DNA from: Cyanobacteria bacterium P01_A01_bin.123
GTDB taxonomy: Bacteria; Cyanobacteriota; Cyanobacteriia; Phormidesmidales; Phormidesmidaceae
DNA length: 64,000 nucleotides
Direction: 5' to 3'
NCBI GenBank assembly: GCA_039815185.1
Contig: JBCBZT010000018.1
Span: 1 to 64,000 of the forward strand
Shown: positions 1 through 10,682 of the stretch, one piece after another
How the letters are laid out: each line of letters starts with the position of its first letter
How positions within the stretch are numbered: the stretch's first letter is position 1
Translations under genes and position numbers: made by a program
Notes under the pieces: generated by a model
What the model was told of the DNA's origin: nothing
Databases searched by the model: none
What the model saw: only the letters and a program-made list of their open reading frames with translations

Positions 1-924
1 CACATGTAGCCCTCGAGCGGCAATGTCCGTCGCCACTACCCAACGCACTTGCCGCTGTCGGAAACGAATCAGCAACCGCTCCCGCTGGGATTGAGTCAAA
101 TCACCGTGGTATTCATCAACGCTGTGTCCCGCAGCTTGGAGTTGACGGGTCAGATCTCCTGCCGTCCGGCGAGTCCGCACAAAAATCAAAGCGGATTCAG
201 GATCTTCCATTTCAAGAATGGGTTGTAGTGCCCGGATTTTATTCAACCCGCGAGGCACGACATAGGCTACCTGTTTAATTTTTGTAGGGGCAGCCTTGGG
301 TTGCTCAACGGTTACAGTAATCGGCGATCGCAGGAATTTAGCTGCCAATTCTCGCACTTCAGGAGCCATAGTGGCTGAGAAGAATGCAGTCTGTCGCTCA
401 CTCGGGGCTTGACTCAAAATTCTCTCTACATCTTGGATAAAGCCCATGTTAAGCATTTCATCAGCTTCATCCAACACTAGCCAATTGAGCTGCTTGAGTG
501 ACAGGTCACCCCGTCGCAGCAAATCTAAGCACCGTCCAGGGGTACCCACAACAATTTGGGTGCCCTTGCGCAACCGTTGGATTTGTCGGTCAATCGACTG
601 GCCACCATAAACCGCCATAATCCCGATGCGGCGATCGCCATTGAGGCTACGAATCGACTGGCACACTTGGGTCGCCAATTCTCGAGTCGGGGTCAAGATC
701 AGCGCTTGGGTGGCCGTATTTTTAACATCAATCTGCTCTAACAACGGCAGAGAAAAGGCTGCCGTTTTACCCGTCCCAGTTTGAGCCTGCCCCACTACAT
801 CACGTCCTGAGAGCAAATGGGGAATGGCTTGAGCCTGAATGGGCGTTGGACTTTTAAAGTCCGCCTTATCTAAATGGCGAACACGGGCCTCTGACAGCCC
901 CAGACTTGCAAACGAGAGGGTCAT
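1..924 (-). CDS. crhR: DEAD-box RNA helicase (CrhR/DeaD), 3' end outside the window
   Basis: Manual translation from ATG 924: MTLSFASLGL..PTPIQAQAIP..GQAQTGTGKTAAF (Q motif, Walker A), VLDEADEML, FSAT, YV motif near the window edge; directly downstream of rimO as in other cyanobacteria. Confidence 0.93.
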   Translation of the reverse strand, partial: MTLSFASLGLSEARVRHLDKADFKSPTPIQAQAIPHLLSGRDVVGQAQTGTGKTAAFSLPLLEQIDVKNTATQALILTPTRELATQVCQSIRSLNGDRRIGIMAVYGGQSIDRQIQRLRKGTQIVVGTPGRCLDLLRRGDLSLKQLNWLVLDEADEMLNMGFIQDVERILSQAPSERQTAFFSATMAPEVRELAAKFLRSPITVTVEQPKAAPTKIKQVAYVVPRGLNKIRALQPILEMEDPESALIFVRTRRTAGDLTRQLQAAGHSVDEYHGDLTQSQRERLLIRFRQRQVRWVVATDIAARGLHV

Positions 925-964
925 TGAATCTCCTTATCAACTAAATTCTGCAAACGACACCAAA

Positions 965-2293
965 TTACGGGCAATCCCCTGGGATCACCGAACCAAAAAG
1001 GTCATAGGTATCTGATGCTTCGATCAAAACGGGAACGAGGGAGCCCAAGGAAGCAGTTCCTTGGACGTAGACTAAACCGTCAACATCGGGGGCAAATCGG
1101 GAAGAGCGACCAATTAGCTTGCCAGTACTTGGATTTTCCTGCTCTATCAACACCTCAACGGTTCTACCGATTTGGGCTTGGTTGCGACGGAAGGTAATCT
1201 CTTGCTGGGCCAACATCAGCCTCTCTCGACGAGCAGCCATGACCTCAGGATGCACCTGATTAGGCAAACTGTAGGCTGGCGTTCCTTCCTCTGCTGAAAA
1301 GGTAAACACACCTACGTGGTCAAACTGATGCCGCCGTACAAACTCAACTAAATGGTCAAACTGAGCTTCCGTTTCACCCGGGAAACCCACAATAAAAGTT
1401 GTGCGCAAAACAGCATCTGGCAATGCTACCTTGATCCGTTCAATGATGGCATCGTTTACTTGCCCTTGCCAAGGACGATTCATCGCCCTCAGCACCTCAG
1501 GATGAGAATGCTGGAGAGGTAAATCCAGATAGGGCAGCACATTAGCCGTCTCTTGAATCGCTTGAATCACCTTGGGGGTCAATCCTGTTGGGTAAGCATA
1601 GTGCATGCGAATCCAAGGAACTTGCACTTCCCCTAAGGCGCGCAACAGCTCTGCAAGCTTGGCTTCACCGTAGAGATCGACACCATAGTTAGTGGTGATT
1701 TGCGAGATTAGCACAATCTCCTGTACCCCTTGCTCAGCAAGCTGATGAGCTTCTGCCACAATGGACTCAATTGAGCGCGATCGCTGGTTGCCCCTCAAAT
1801 GCGGAATAATGCAAAAGGCACAACGGTAGTTACAGCCTTCCGCAACCCGCAAATAAGCGACACCCTCAGTAGTCGTGCGATAGCGTGGCACGGTTTCATC
1901 AGCAATGTAAGCAGGCTCGTCAGAAACAGCCTTAACCCGCTCACCAGCTTCAGCCCGCTCAATCACTTCAACGATCCGGTGATAGTCTCCGGTACCCACT
2001 AGCGCAACGGCTTCGGGTATTTCCGCCAGCAGTTCATCTTTAAAGTGCTGTGCTAGACACCCAGTAATCACAACTTTTTTGTCAGCTTCGGCCAGCTCGA
2101 CTAGCGTACGCACAGACTCTTGGCGAGCTGCCTCGATAAAGCTACAGGTATTGACGATCACATAATCCGCTAGTGCTTCATTAGCATCAATGCCGTAGCC
2201 TGCATTTACCAACAGCCCCAGCATGTGCTCAGTATCAATCCGATTTTTCTCACAGCCCAAGTGGGAAACTGCAATGACTGGTTTTTGACCCAT
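965..2293 (-). CDS. rimO: Ribosomal protein S12 methylthiotransferase RimO
   Basis: [12 protein letters not shown]-terminus, [13 protein letters not shown] radical SAM motif, C-terminal TRAM domain; ATG 2293 preferred over TTG 2320. Confidence 0.95.
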   Translation of the reverse strand: MGQKPVIAVSHLGCEKNRIDTEHMLGLLVNAGYGIDANEALADYVIVNTCSFIEAARQESVRTLVELAEADKKVVITGCLAQHFKDELLAEIPEAVALVGTGDYHRIVEVIERAEAGERVKAVSDEPAYIADETVPRYRTTTEGVAYLRVAEGCNYRCAFCIIPHLRGNQRSRSIESIVAEAHQLAEQGVQEIVLISQITTNYGVDLYGEAKLAELLRALGEVQVPWIRMHYAYPTGLTPKVIQAIQETANVLPYLDLPLQHSHPEVLRAMNRPWQGQVNDAIIERIKVALPDAVLRTTFIVGFPGETEAQFDHLVEFVRRHQFDHVGVFTFSAEEGTPAYSLPNQVHPEVMAARRERLMLAQQEITFRRNQAQIGRTVEVLIEQENPSTGKLIGRSSRFAPDVDGLVYVQGTASLGSLVPVLIEASDTYDLFGSVIPGDCP

Positions 2294-2731
2294 TGATGAC
2301 GTAGTGTTTGCCAACAGCAATTACAACTGACTCAAATCAACTCAGAACAGAACTGAGCATTCAAGCGAACGCAGTGGGCAAGGAACCTCGTAAAGCACTG
2401 CTAAACGACCCAGAAACTCAAGCCAATCAAAGCTAAGAGAGCATCTTTAGGTGTAAGCACTACGTCCAAAACAGGACAGTCAACATCGGCTACTAACCCC
2501 CTAGAAATAGAGCATAACATAACTCAACATTTACTGTGTCAATGACGCGGACTCTCCTGAACTCAATCCGTTAGACATTACATAGAGGCCTGATTGCTAA
2601 TCAGGTTCGCGTAAAATTGCGGATTCATCTGATAGGCACCTTTTTCTCTCACCTAGTGGGGTACATTGAAACAGAGGCATTGGCCTTAAAATAAGCCGTT
2701 AGTGTTTAAACCGAGTCCGAAGTCATAGCCT

Positions 2732-3577
2732 GTGGACTGCAATCAAGTTTTTCAAACGAATACTCCCGTTATTGGCGTAGTTCACCTGCTGCCTCTGCCC
2801 ACTTCTCCCCGCTGGCAGGGAAATCTCCAAGCCATTGTTGATCGAGCCGAACAGGAAGCCACTGCCCTCGACTCGGGTGGGGTAGACGGCATTATTATCG
2901 AGAATTTCTTTGACGCGCCGTTTGTTAAAGACCAAGTTGACCCGGCTGTGGTCAGCGCGATCAGCTTAATCGTGCAGCGTTTGAAGCAGCTTGTCTCTCT
3001 GCCCATTGGCATTAATGTTCTGCGCAATGATGGTCACAGTGCTTTGGCGATCGCCACCTGTGTTCAAGCCGCTTTCATCAGAGTTAATGTCTTGACTGGC
3101 GTGATGGCCACCGATCAAGGCTTAATTGAAGGGCGGGCCCACGAACTGATGCGCTATCGTCGTGAGCTGGGGAGTGATGTCAAGATTTTAGCGGACGTAC
3201 TCGTCAAACATGCCCGTCCGTTAGGTTCGCCTAACCTAACCACCGCAGTTCAAGAGACCATTGATCGAGGATTAGCAGATGGTGTTATTCTTTCGGGTTG
3301 GGCGACGGGCAGCCCACCCAGTTTAGAAGACTTGGAACTGGCTAAGGCCGCTGCGGGCAACACCCCGGTTTTTATTGGTAGCGGTGCCACGTGGGAAAAT
3401 ATTCCCCAACTCATTCAAGCTGCTGATGGCGTCATTGTCTCTAGCTCGTTGAAGCGGAGAGGACAAATCCACCAACCGATCGATCCAACTCGCGTTAGTC
3501 AGTTTGTGGAGGCGACCCGCAACAGCGCTGCCATGAAAACAGAGGTTTCGGTAGAATCAGTTCCTGTGCATTCTTAG
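2732..3577 (+). CDS. btpA: Photosystem I biogenesis protein BtpA
   Basis: IGVVHLLPLPTSPRW, ENFFDAPF, GINVLRND, ADVLVKH motifs of the BtpA/SgcQ family. Confidence 0.93.
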   Translation: MDCNQVFQTNTPVIGVVHLLPLPTSPRWQGNLQAIVDRAEQEATALDSGGVDGIIIENFFDAPFVKDQVDPAVVSAISLIVQRLKQLVSLPIGINVLRNDGHSALAIATCVQAAFIRVNVLTGVMATDQGLIEGRAHELMRYRRELGSDVKILADVLVKHARPLGSPNLTTAVQETIDRGLADGVILSGWATGSPPSLEDLELAKAAAGNTPVFIGSGATWENIPQLIQAADGVIVSSSLKRRGQIHQPIDPTRVSQFVEATRNSAAMKTEVSVESVPVHS

Positions 3578-3784
3578 CCGCTTGGTGGTACCCGATTCTG
3601 AGACAATATTTCGCAGCAACTCTCCATCGGCTGGGCTAAAATCTGTATGGCAATGCTAGCTAATTTTGTCTGAGTTCTAGATCATTAATCAGATCTGGGG
3701 TCTATTTTTGTCAAAATTAGGTTGATGTGGTGCCAACCGTGCACAGCATTGCATGGTGTCGAGAAGTCAGATCAGGTAAATGCC

Positions 3785-4714
3785 ATGGCTCGCCGTCGTC
3801 GTCAAGAAAAACGTTGGATTCATCATTGGTCAAGGCCATTAATTGCGGCAATTGCTGCTGTTGGGGGCCTGGGTACAACTTATTTAACTGTCGTCAAATT
3901 TATGGGCGGTAGTGCTGCGTGTCCAACATCAGGATGCGATCGCGTTTTATCGAGTCCCTACGCTCAACTATTTGGCATCCCCTTAACCCTGTTTGGGGCA
4001 TTGGCTTACCTCAGTATGGTGGTTCTGGCCGTTGCGCCTCTTTTAATAGACGCCAACACTCGCAAAGAACTGCACCAGAAAATAGAAGGGCTGACCTGGC
4101 CACTCCTGTTCATCGGTGCCACAGGTATGGTGGTTTTTAGCGGCTACTTGATGTATCTGCTGGCCTTTGAGATTCAAGCTGCTTGCTTATACTGCCTGAC
4201 CTCAGCAGCATTCACCGTCCTGATGTTTGGGTTAACCTTGCTGGGAAATCGCTGGGAAGATTCGGGCCAATTGATGTTCACAGGCTTCATTGTGGCAGCA
4301 GTGGCCCTAACCGGCACAGTCGGGCTCTATGCTACCGTCATCGATGCACCAGCAGAGGCCACAGCTGCGGCTGATGGTCAAACTGGTCTTCCGAATACCA
4401 ACACGTCAGGCCCCTCTGAATTAGCCTTGGCCCAACACCTCCAAGATATTGGAGCTAAGAAATACGGTGCTTGGTGGTGTCCCCACTGTCACGATCAAAA
4501 GATGCTCTTTGGCAAAGAAGCCTTTGACCTAGTTCCCTACATCGAATGTGACCCAGAAGGCGCTAATTCTCAGACTGAGCTCTGCCAATCAATCGAGGAG
4601 ATTCGAGGGTTTCCGACTTGGGAGGTGAATGGCGAATTCTATGGGGGCACACGAACGTTGGAAGAGTTAGCAGATTTGTCTGGCTACACCGGACCACGAG
4701 AGTTCAAGAACTAA
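3785..4714 (+). CDS. Vitamin K epoxide reductase (VKOR)-thioredoxin fusion
   Basis: CPTSGCDRVLSS loop, CLYC active site, TM helices, C-terminal Trx-like WCPHC and GFPTW. Confidence 0.93.
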   Translation: MARRRRQEKRWIHHWSRPLIAAIAAVGGLGTTYLTVVKFMGGSAACPTSGCDRVLSSPYAQLFGIPLTLFGALAYLSMVVLAVAPLLIDANTRKELHQKIEGLTWPLLFIGATGMVVFSGYLMYLLAFEIQAACLYCLTSAAFTVLMFGLTLLGNRWEDSGQLMFTGFIVAAVALTGTVGLYATVIDAPAEATAAADGQTGLPNTNTSGPSELALAQHLQDIGAKKYGAWWCPHCHDQKMLFGKEAFDLVPYIECDPEGANSQTELCQSIEEIRGFPTWEVNGEFYGGTRTLEELADLSGYTGPREFKN

Positions 4715-5221
4715 AGCTTGGCTACATCGAAACTTGCAGCTTTTGCTAAGGAAATTGAAGTCTTTAAAGCTGGATGCAGTTTAGCCTGTGATCTGAATTA
4801 CAAGCCAATTCAATGGGTATCACGGTCTGCGCTTGGAACTTGTGGGATAACAATAACAGCCCCTTTACCCTCCAAGTCCTATGGCTAAAGCATTACCCTT
4901 CCGGTTATCAGCCATTTTCCATGCGATCGCGCTGACTGTTACCCTCTATTACTTAGCCAGCTACGTCAAGGTCTATCAGCCCCAAAGCATGACTGAACGG
5001 CCATTACTGTCAAACCTGACTGATTTTCGTCCTTAAATCTCAGTGACTTGAATCTAAGTGAACTCAGAGATTCTACAAACGCAACTTCCTTAAACACCCA
5101 TTTCAATCATTGCCCAGGGGCGTCAATCCAAAGCAAAAACCGGATCCTCTGCCAGGAAGCTCAAAAAACTTGAGAACCCAACCATAGAACCCGATTTTTA
5201 TATCGGCTTTCTGGGATTGTT

Positions 5222-5650
5222 TTACTTATAAACCCCGTTATTGAAGCGATCAGCCCCCTCTACCAAAGCAGGATCAGGCTCGGTCACAGCAAATTTATCC
5301 AAATTTGCCTTAACAATGGCCAGTTCGCGATCGCTGAAGGGAATGCTTAACACGTCTTCAACAGCATCGTAAGGTGCATTGGCCAAGATTTTGCGCGCGA
5401 TGGTCGGATATAGCCCCCGATAGCGGGTAAAGGCAGACACATTAGAGTTATTTAAGTCAATCTTAGAGCCATATTCGGTGGACAGCTTATCATCCACTGC
5501 ATTGCGGAAATCTTCGGCCAATACAGGGGGGGTCTGCCATGCGGTAGCCTGGCTCAAGACAGAAGCAGAGACAGGTTGGGCGAAGCCTAGCCATCCCCAG
5601 CAACTTACCAGCAAACTCAGTACCGTCAGCAAGCTAAACAGTCGTTTCAT
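5222..5650 (-). CDS. psbU: Photosystem II 12 kDa extrinsic protein PsbU
   Basis: Signal peptide, [23 protein letters not shown]-terminus. Confidence 0.96.
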   Translation of the reverse strand: MKRLFSLLTVLSLLVSCWGWLGFAQPVSASVLSQATAWQTPPVLAEDFRNAVDDKLSTEYGSKIDLNNSNVSAFTRYRGLYPTIARKILANAPYDAVEDVLSIPFSDRELAIVKANLDKFAVTEPDPALVEGADRFNNGVYK

Positions 5651-5836
5651 CTACCCAATTCCTCTCGTCAAATTCACTTGAGTTAACCTAGATCCAGTGC
5701 AATCTGTAGAGCTTCAAGCTCGTTCCGAACAATGACCTACTTCATTACCGGATTCAGACAAAAATCAAGTGCACAGCATTATTAGAGACTACCACTTTGC
5801 CGTCCCTAAAGAGATCTCTGCTCAGCACGATGCTGA

Positions 5837-6832
5837 CTAAACTTCATGGAGTTTGAGAAATCGATTTAGATCAGAGAACGTCCCCGCATGGGCTTCAATT
5901 GGCATGTCATAGCCCTTCATCGTGACCGTATAACGCTTAAAAATCTGCTCATTGGCCCCTAAGGCTTGCAAATATTGATAGGTCGTTTCGCCAATCGCAA
6001 TGTCCAGGCCCAGTTGCTTAGTGGAAGACTCAAACCGAAACGCAGCGTTTACCGTATCCCCGAGCGCCGTATAGTCCGGGCGATCGCTAGACCCCGTGTT
6101 GCCCACAATGGCATAGCCCGTATTCAGACCAGCACCGATACGAACTGGGAACGGCAGTGGATAGCGTTTGTGCAATTCGCTCGTCATTTGGTGGAGTGCA
6201 CTCATCGCTTGGGCAATCTTGAGCATTTCCGTCTCATCCACCCCTTGGGTGCCGTGAATCCAGACAGCCATAACGGCATCACCGATGTACTTATCAACCC
6301 AGCTACCGTACTTACCAATAATTTCACCTGCCCGCCGAAACCAAGTGCCAATGGCTTCTGAGAGCACTTTCTCATCGAGTTGACGAGTCATCACAGTAAA
6401 GTCACGGATGTCTACCACCATGACTGAGATCAGCCGTCGCACATGAAGCGTAGCCGTCGCCGTAAAGTCTTGGGAATCAGAAGCACCATCCACAGGCTGG
6501 TCAACAGCCTGATTATCGGTAGATGGACAGTAAAATTTCAGCTCAGTTTGACCGAACGTCAAGGCATCACCGTTATGCAAGGTAACAGGCACACTAACCC
6601 GACGACCATTGACAAATGATCCGTTGCGGCTGCCCAAATCAATCAAGTAAAACTCTCCCGTCTCCATACATTGCAACATGGCATGGTTGCGGGAAATCCA
6701 TCGATCTGGCAAAACAAAATTGTTGTCGTCACTCCGGCCAATCGTCCAGCAGTTACTACCAATCAGAGAAAGGTGCCGACTTCCCGATTCGGTCTGAAGT
6801 ATCAAATAAGGGCCTGGTTGGGTCGCTACCAC
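5837..6832 (-). CDS. FHA-domain class III adenylate cyclase
   Basis: FHA (IGRS, SRNHA, GSRNGSFVNG) plus cyclase motifs DIRDFT, KYIGDAVM, GDTVNAAFR. Confidence 0.9.
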   Translation of the reverse strand: MVATQPGPYLILQTESGSRHLSLIGSNCWTIGRSDDNNFVLPDRWISRNHAMLQCMETGEFYLIDLGSRNGSFVNGRRVSVPVTLHNGDALTFGQTELKFYCPSTDNQAVDQPVDGASDSQDFTATATLHVRRLISVMVVDIRDFTVMTRQLDEKVLSEAIGTWFRRAGEIIGKYGSWVDKYIGDAVMAVWIHGTQGVDETEMLKIAQAMSALHQMTSELHKRYPLPFPVRIGAGLNTGYAIVGNTGSSDRPDYTALGDTVNAAFRFESSTKQLGLDIAIGETTYQYLQALGANEQIFKRYTVTMKGYDMPIEAHAGTFSDLNRFLKLHEV

Positions 6833-7212
6833 AGCATCGAGTGCGCTAAAAAATTTAATAAAGACGCATGAAATCCGGCTTAGCCAAATTTAGATTAAAC
6901 CTTAGTTGTTTTTTCTAGGCAAATCCGATTTTTCTGGATGGGACAAGAATTAAATTAAGCCAAGGACAAACTGGCTCGACGCTTTAGGCTGAGCAACTAG
7001 CTCATTGGAACAAATCAGGGATTGACTTGCACCCATTATGCCAAAGAAGACGGTTTCAGCAGTTAGACAACACATTGCTTAAGTCTAAGCAAACTTGGCC
7101 CAGCTACTCGAAACAGCCAACTTGCTTTATTAAGCCTTCGCATTGACTCAGCTCAGTCAGGATAACCCACAATCAAAGACACAAGATACACCCTGATGCC
7201 TCCTTAATCGAC

Positions 7213-7929
7213 CTAGGCCAACAGCGCCGCCAAACCAAACAAACTGTCGACTAAGATCGTGCTCAGAACCGCACCACTGAATGCAGACCAGTGCGGTCGA
7301 TGGAACTCTAAAGGTAAGGCCCCTAACATTAACAGAACAACTAATAAAATGCCCGCTTGAGCAACACCCTGTAAGGTTTGAACTTGGGCTAATGCTTGAT
7401 GCAGCACATCTGCCGCCTGCTGAGGAGGACTCATCATCAGCGATCGCCAATAGGGGATCAAACCTGCCCAATAAAAATATAGGTCAGTAATCGCTGTGCC
7501 CAATAAAGAACCCAAATAAAAATAACTGCCGACCACCGCCCGACGGTTCGCAATGCACCAGAGTACAATCGGCAAACCAATGGCCTCAATGGGTAAATGG
7601 ATAGTCGGCTCCCAGCGAAACCACCCCCAATAAATGGATCCCGCTAGCCAAGTCCAAGTGAATCCAATCAGAATATCGCCCCAGAGTTTGGTTCGGGTAT
7701 GCCCTGAGAGTACTAGCCCCACAAAAAACCAAACCCCGGTAATCAGTAGACTCAAGCCGGGAAACCAGCGTACCAGCGGAGCCTGGAAAAACACTGGCAC
7801 CACGACCAAAAATACTGAAGTTGCAAAAATACGCCAGAGCGGATTGATACTTAACCAAAACTCACGGGCGATCGCCCCCAGGGCAGACCCCGACGAAGCT
7901 TGATCAATGAGGGAAGGGCGGTAGAACAA
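7213..7929 (-). CDS. DUF3120 family membrane protein
   Basis: FLVVVPVFFQAPLVR, WLAGSIYWGWFRWEP motifs; neighbour of uppP. Confidence 0.85.
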   Translation of the reverse strand: MFYRPSLIDQASSGSALGAIAREFWLSINPLWRIFATSVFLVVVPVFFQAPLVRWFPGLSLLITGVWFFVGLVLSGHTRTKLWGDILIGFTWTWLAGSIYWGWFRWEPTIHLPIEAIGLPIVLWCIANRRAVVGSYFYLGSLLGTAITDLYFYWAGLIPYWRSLMMSPPQQAADVLHQALAQVQTLQGVAQAGILLVVLLMLGALPLEFHRPHWSAFSGAVLSTILVDSLFGLAALLA

Positions 7930-8212
7930 AATACTTAGAATCTAGCTTAAACGTTTTTAACATAACATAGCTAAATACCCCGGGGGGGGATATTTATCAT
8001 TTCGCCACGTGATTTAAACTTTGCCCCCCATCCAGACCCATCGTTTGCCTCTCGATCAACATTGATGACGGGTGGTGATTACGATCTTCTCTATGAAGTT
8101 TTCATGGGTAAACCCAAGCACTGAAAAGGACTCAGGACATGTAGATTTTTTTTCTGGGATAATTAAGCACAGATTGAATGTCTTAATGAACTGTCCTATA
8201 CCCAAAGTCTTT

Positions 8213-9121
8213 ATGGCGACTCTTTATGCGTACCTGTCCCCAGCGCCAGATATCCTGGCTCAAACGGGCGACCCCCCCGTTAGCTTTAATGTTTTTCAAG
8301 CAATTGTGATTGGTATTGTGCAAGGGCTGACTGAGTTTTTGCCCATCAGCAGTACAGCCCACGTCAAAATCGTGCCTGTAGTATTGGGCTGGGGCGATCC
8401 GGGGATCGCCTTTACAGCTGTCGTCCAGCTGGGTAGCATCGGTTCAATTCTCTGGTACTTTCGCGCCGACGTGGCTCAAGTTCTGAGAGGATTTCGACGG
8501 GCGATCACCTCTGGTGACTACGACTCAGGAGATTTTCGCCTAGGGTTAGGCATTATCGTCGGTACGCTACCGATTTTGATCTTAGGACTGCTGGTTAAAT
8601 TTGGCTTTCGAGAAGTCTATGATACCTTTGCCCGGAGTCCCCTTGTGATTGCCATCACCTCTATTGGCCTGGCTATCCTGTTGGGATTAGCCGAGGTGAT
8701 TGGCAAGCGCAAGCGCCAATTTAGCGATTTGGGCGTTGGCGATGGCATTGGGGTGGGATTAGCCCAAGCCCTGGCTTTGGTTCCCGGCGTATCGCGATCC
8801 GGTTCAACAATTACAGCAGCCTTATTTATGGGCCTCAATCGCACTACCGCTGCTCGATTCTCGCTACTGTTGGGGATTCCTGCAATTTTAATTTCGGGCC
8901 TGGCCGAAATGGGAGATATTTTTGACCCCAGCACGGTTCAACTCGGTTGGGCACCACTCATAGCTGGCGTCTTGGCGTCCGTCATTTCGTCCTATGTTGC
9001 AATTTATTGGCTCATCCAGTTTTTGAAAGATCACACTACCTGGGTATTTGTAGCCTATCGGATCGGATTTGGCGTAGCGATTGTATGGGCGATCGCGACT
9101 CAAAGACTGGATAATATTTAG
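8213..9121 (+). CDS. uppP: Undecaprenyl-diphosphate phosphatase
   Basis: VQGLTEFLPISSTAH and PGVSRSGSTI motifs; start uncertain (ORF open from 8072). Confidence 0.94.
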   Translation: MATLYAYLSPAPDILAQTGDPPVSFNVFQAIVIGIVQGLTEFLPISSTAHVKIVPVVLGWGDPGIAFTAVVQLGSIGSILWYFRADVAQVLRGFRRAITSGDYDSGDFRLGLGIIVGTLPILILGLLVKFGFREVYDTFARSPLVIAITSIGLAILLGLAEVIGKRKRQFSDLGVGDGIGVGLAQALALVPGVSRSGSTITAALFMGLNRTTAARFSLLLGIPAILISGLAEMGDIFDPSTVQLGWAPLIAGVLASVISSYVAIYWLIQFLKDHTTWVFVAYRIGFGVAIVWAIATQRLDNI

Positions 9122-9194
9122 GACCTCAAGACTGCCTAATATTCAGAAGAATGCGTCATTATGGAGTGTGGTGTTTTTTGAGGATTCAGGTTCC

Positions 9195-10577
9195 GTGGGC
9201 CATGCTGCGATTCAACCCGCTCTGGTAACGCGGGTATTGCCCAACTCGATTGCTGAAGATTTAGGGTTTGAACCTGGTGATCGCTTGGTGACCATTAATG
9301 GTCAGCAACCGCGCGATTTGATCGACTATCGCTTTCTTTGTGCTGAAGAAGACTTAATCTTGGAAGTACTCGACAGCACAGGACAAGCTCACACTGTAGA
9401 ACTCGAAAAAGACTTGGATGCAGACCTAGGTCTTGAGTTTGAGTCAGCATTATTTGATGGCTTGATTCAGTGCAACAATCGCTGTCCCTTCTGCTTTATC
9501 GATCAGCAACCCCCTGACAAGCGGCAAACTCTCTATCTGAAAGATGATGACTATCGTCTTAGCTTCCTCTATGGCAGCTACCTGACCCTCACCAACCTCA
9601 CTCCGGCAGCTTGGGATCGCATTGCTCAGCTGCGGTTATCTCCGCTGTATGTATCGGTACACGCCACGGCGCCCGATCTACGCATCCATCTACTAAAAAA
9701 CTCTCGGGCAGGAGAAATCCTGGATCAACTGGCTTGGTTTCAACAACATCGTTTGCAAATCCACGCCCAAGTCGTCGTTTGCCCTAGTATTAATGACGGC
9801 GACCATCTAACTCGCACCCTGCGAGATTTGGCCCAGTTTCATCAAGGAGATTTGCCAGCAGTGGCTTCGGTGGCTGTGGTTCCGGTGGGGCTGACCCGCT
9901 TTCGTCCCGATCAAGATGAGTTAATCGCTGTCAGTCCGGAAATGGCCAAAACCGTGATTGACCAGGTACAAACCCTACAAAGTGAGTTTCAACAAACCTT
10001 GGGCACGGTATTTGCCTGGTTAGCCGATGAGTGGTTTCTAATCGGGCAGCGCCCCTTACCCCCCGAAACTCACTACGAAGACTACCCTCAAATCGGTAAT
10101 GGGGTCGGTTCTATTCGCCAGTTTATTCGCCAGTTTGGCATTGAGGCAGAATGCTTGCCTACCCAGATCAATCCCCCCCGCTGCTTCACTTGGGTGGTCG
10201 GCAATGCCGTTGAGCAAGCCTTTGCCCCCCTAGTGGCACGGTTGAACCAGGTTAGCGGGTTAACCGTAAAATTGGCTCCGCTGAGAAGTGATTATTGGGG
10301 GCAAGCGATTACCGTAACGGGCCTATTGACCGGCCAGGATATTGCCCAAGCCCTGGCCGGACTCCCCTTGGGAGACGGCATTCTTTTACCCACGTTAATG
10401 CTCAAACAAGGGGACACGGGTACCTCAGAAACCGACTATTTTTTGGATGACATGAGTGTGGCTAGACTCAGTCAAGAGCTAAGATGTCCGGTCTGGCGGA
10501 TCCACGATATTGCTGAACTCCTAGAGACTTGCGTTCAAACGCTTCAGCCCCAGATTGCAGGATTAGGTACTGGATGA
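9195..10577 (+). CDS. TIGR03279/DUF512 family PDZ-containing radical SAM-like protein
   Basis: N-terminal PDZ-like segment, CNNRCPFCFIDQ, YLKDDDYRLSFLYGSY; GTG start at 9195 inferred. Confidence 0.88.
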   Translation: MGHAAIQPALVTRVLPNSIAEDLGFEPGDRLVTINGQQPRDLIDYRFLCAEEDLILEVLDSTGQAHTVELEKDLDADLGLEFESALFDGLIQCNNRCPFCFIDQQPPDKRQTLYLKDDDYRLSFLYGSYLTLTNLTPAAWDRIAQLRLSPLYVSVHATAPDLRIHLLKNSRAGEILDQLAWFQQHRLQIHAQVVVCPSINDGDHLTRTLRDLAQFHQGDLPAVASVAVVPVGLTRFRPDQDELIAVSPEMAKTVIDQVQTLQSEFQQTLGTVFAWLADEWFLIGQRPLPPETHYEDYPQIGNGVGSIRQFIRQFGIEAECLPTQINPPRCFTWVVGNAVEQAFAPLVARLNQVSGLTVKLAPLRSDYWGQAITVTGLLTGQDIAQALAGLPLGDGILLPTLMLKQGDTGTSETDYFLDDMSVARLSQELRCPVWRIHDIAELLETCVQTLQPQIAGLGTG

Positions 10578-10682
10578 AACCCTATAAAGGAACAGCCGTC
10601 CAGTATTCTAGAGTTGCTCTACTCCTTGTATAAAGTTGCTTTCATCCATCATGCAGTTTCGTTGCAGACCTTCTAAGTTCTG

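Noticed and set aside
4715..5221. Remnant of nadB, which I recall often follows psbU
   Set aside because: No recognisable coding remnant on either strand
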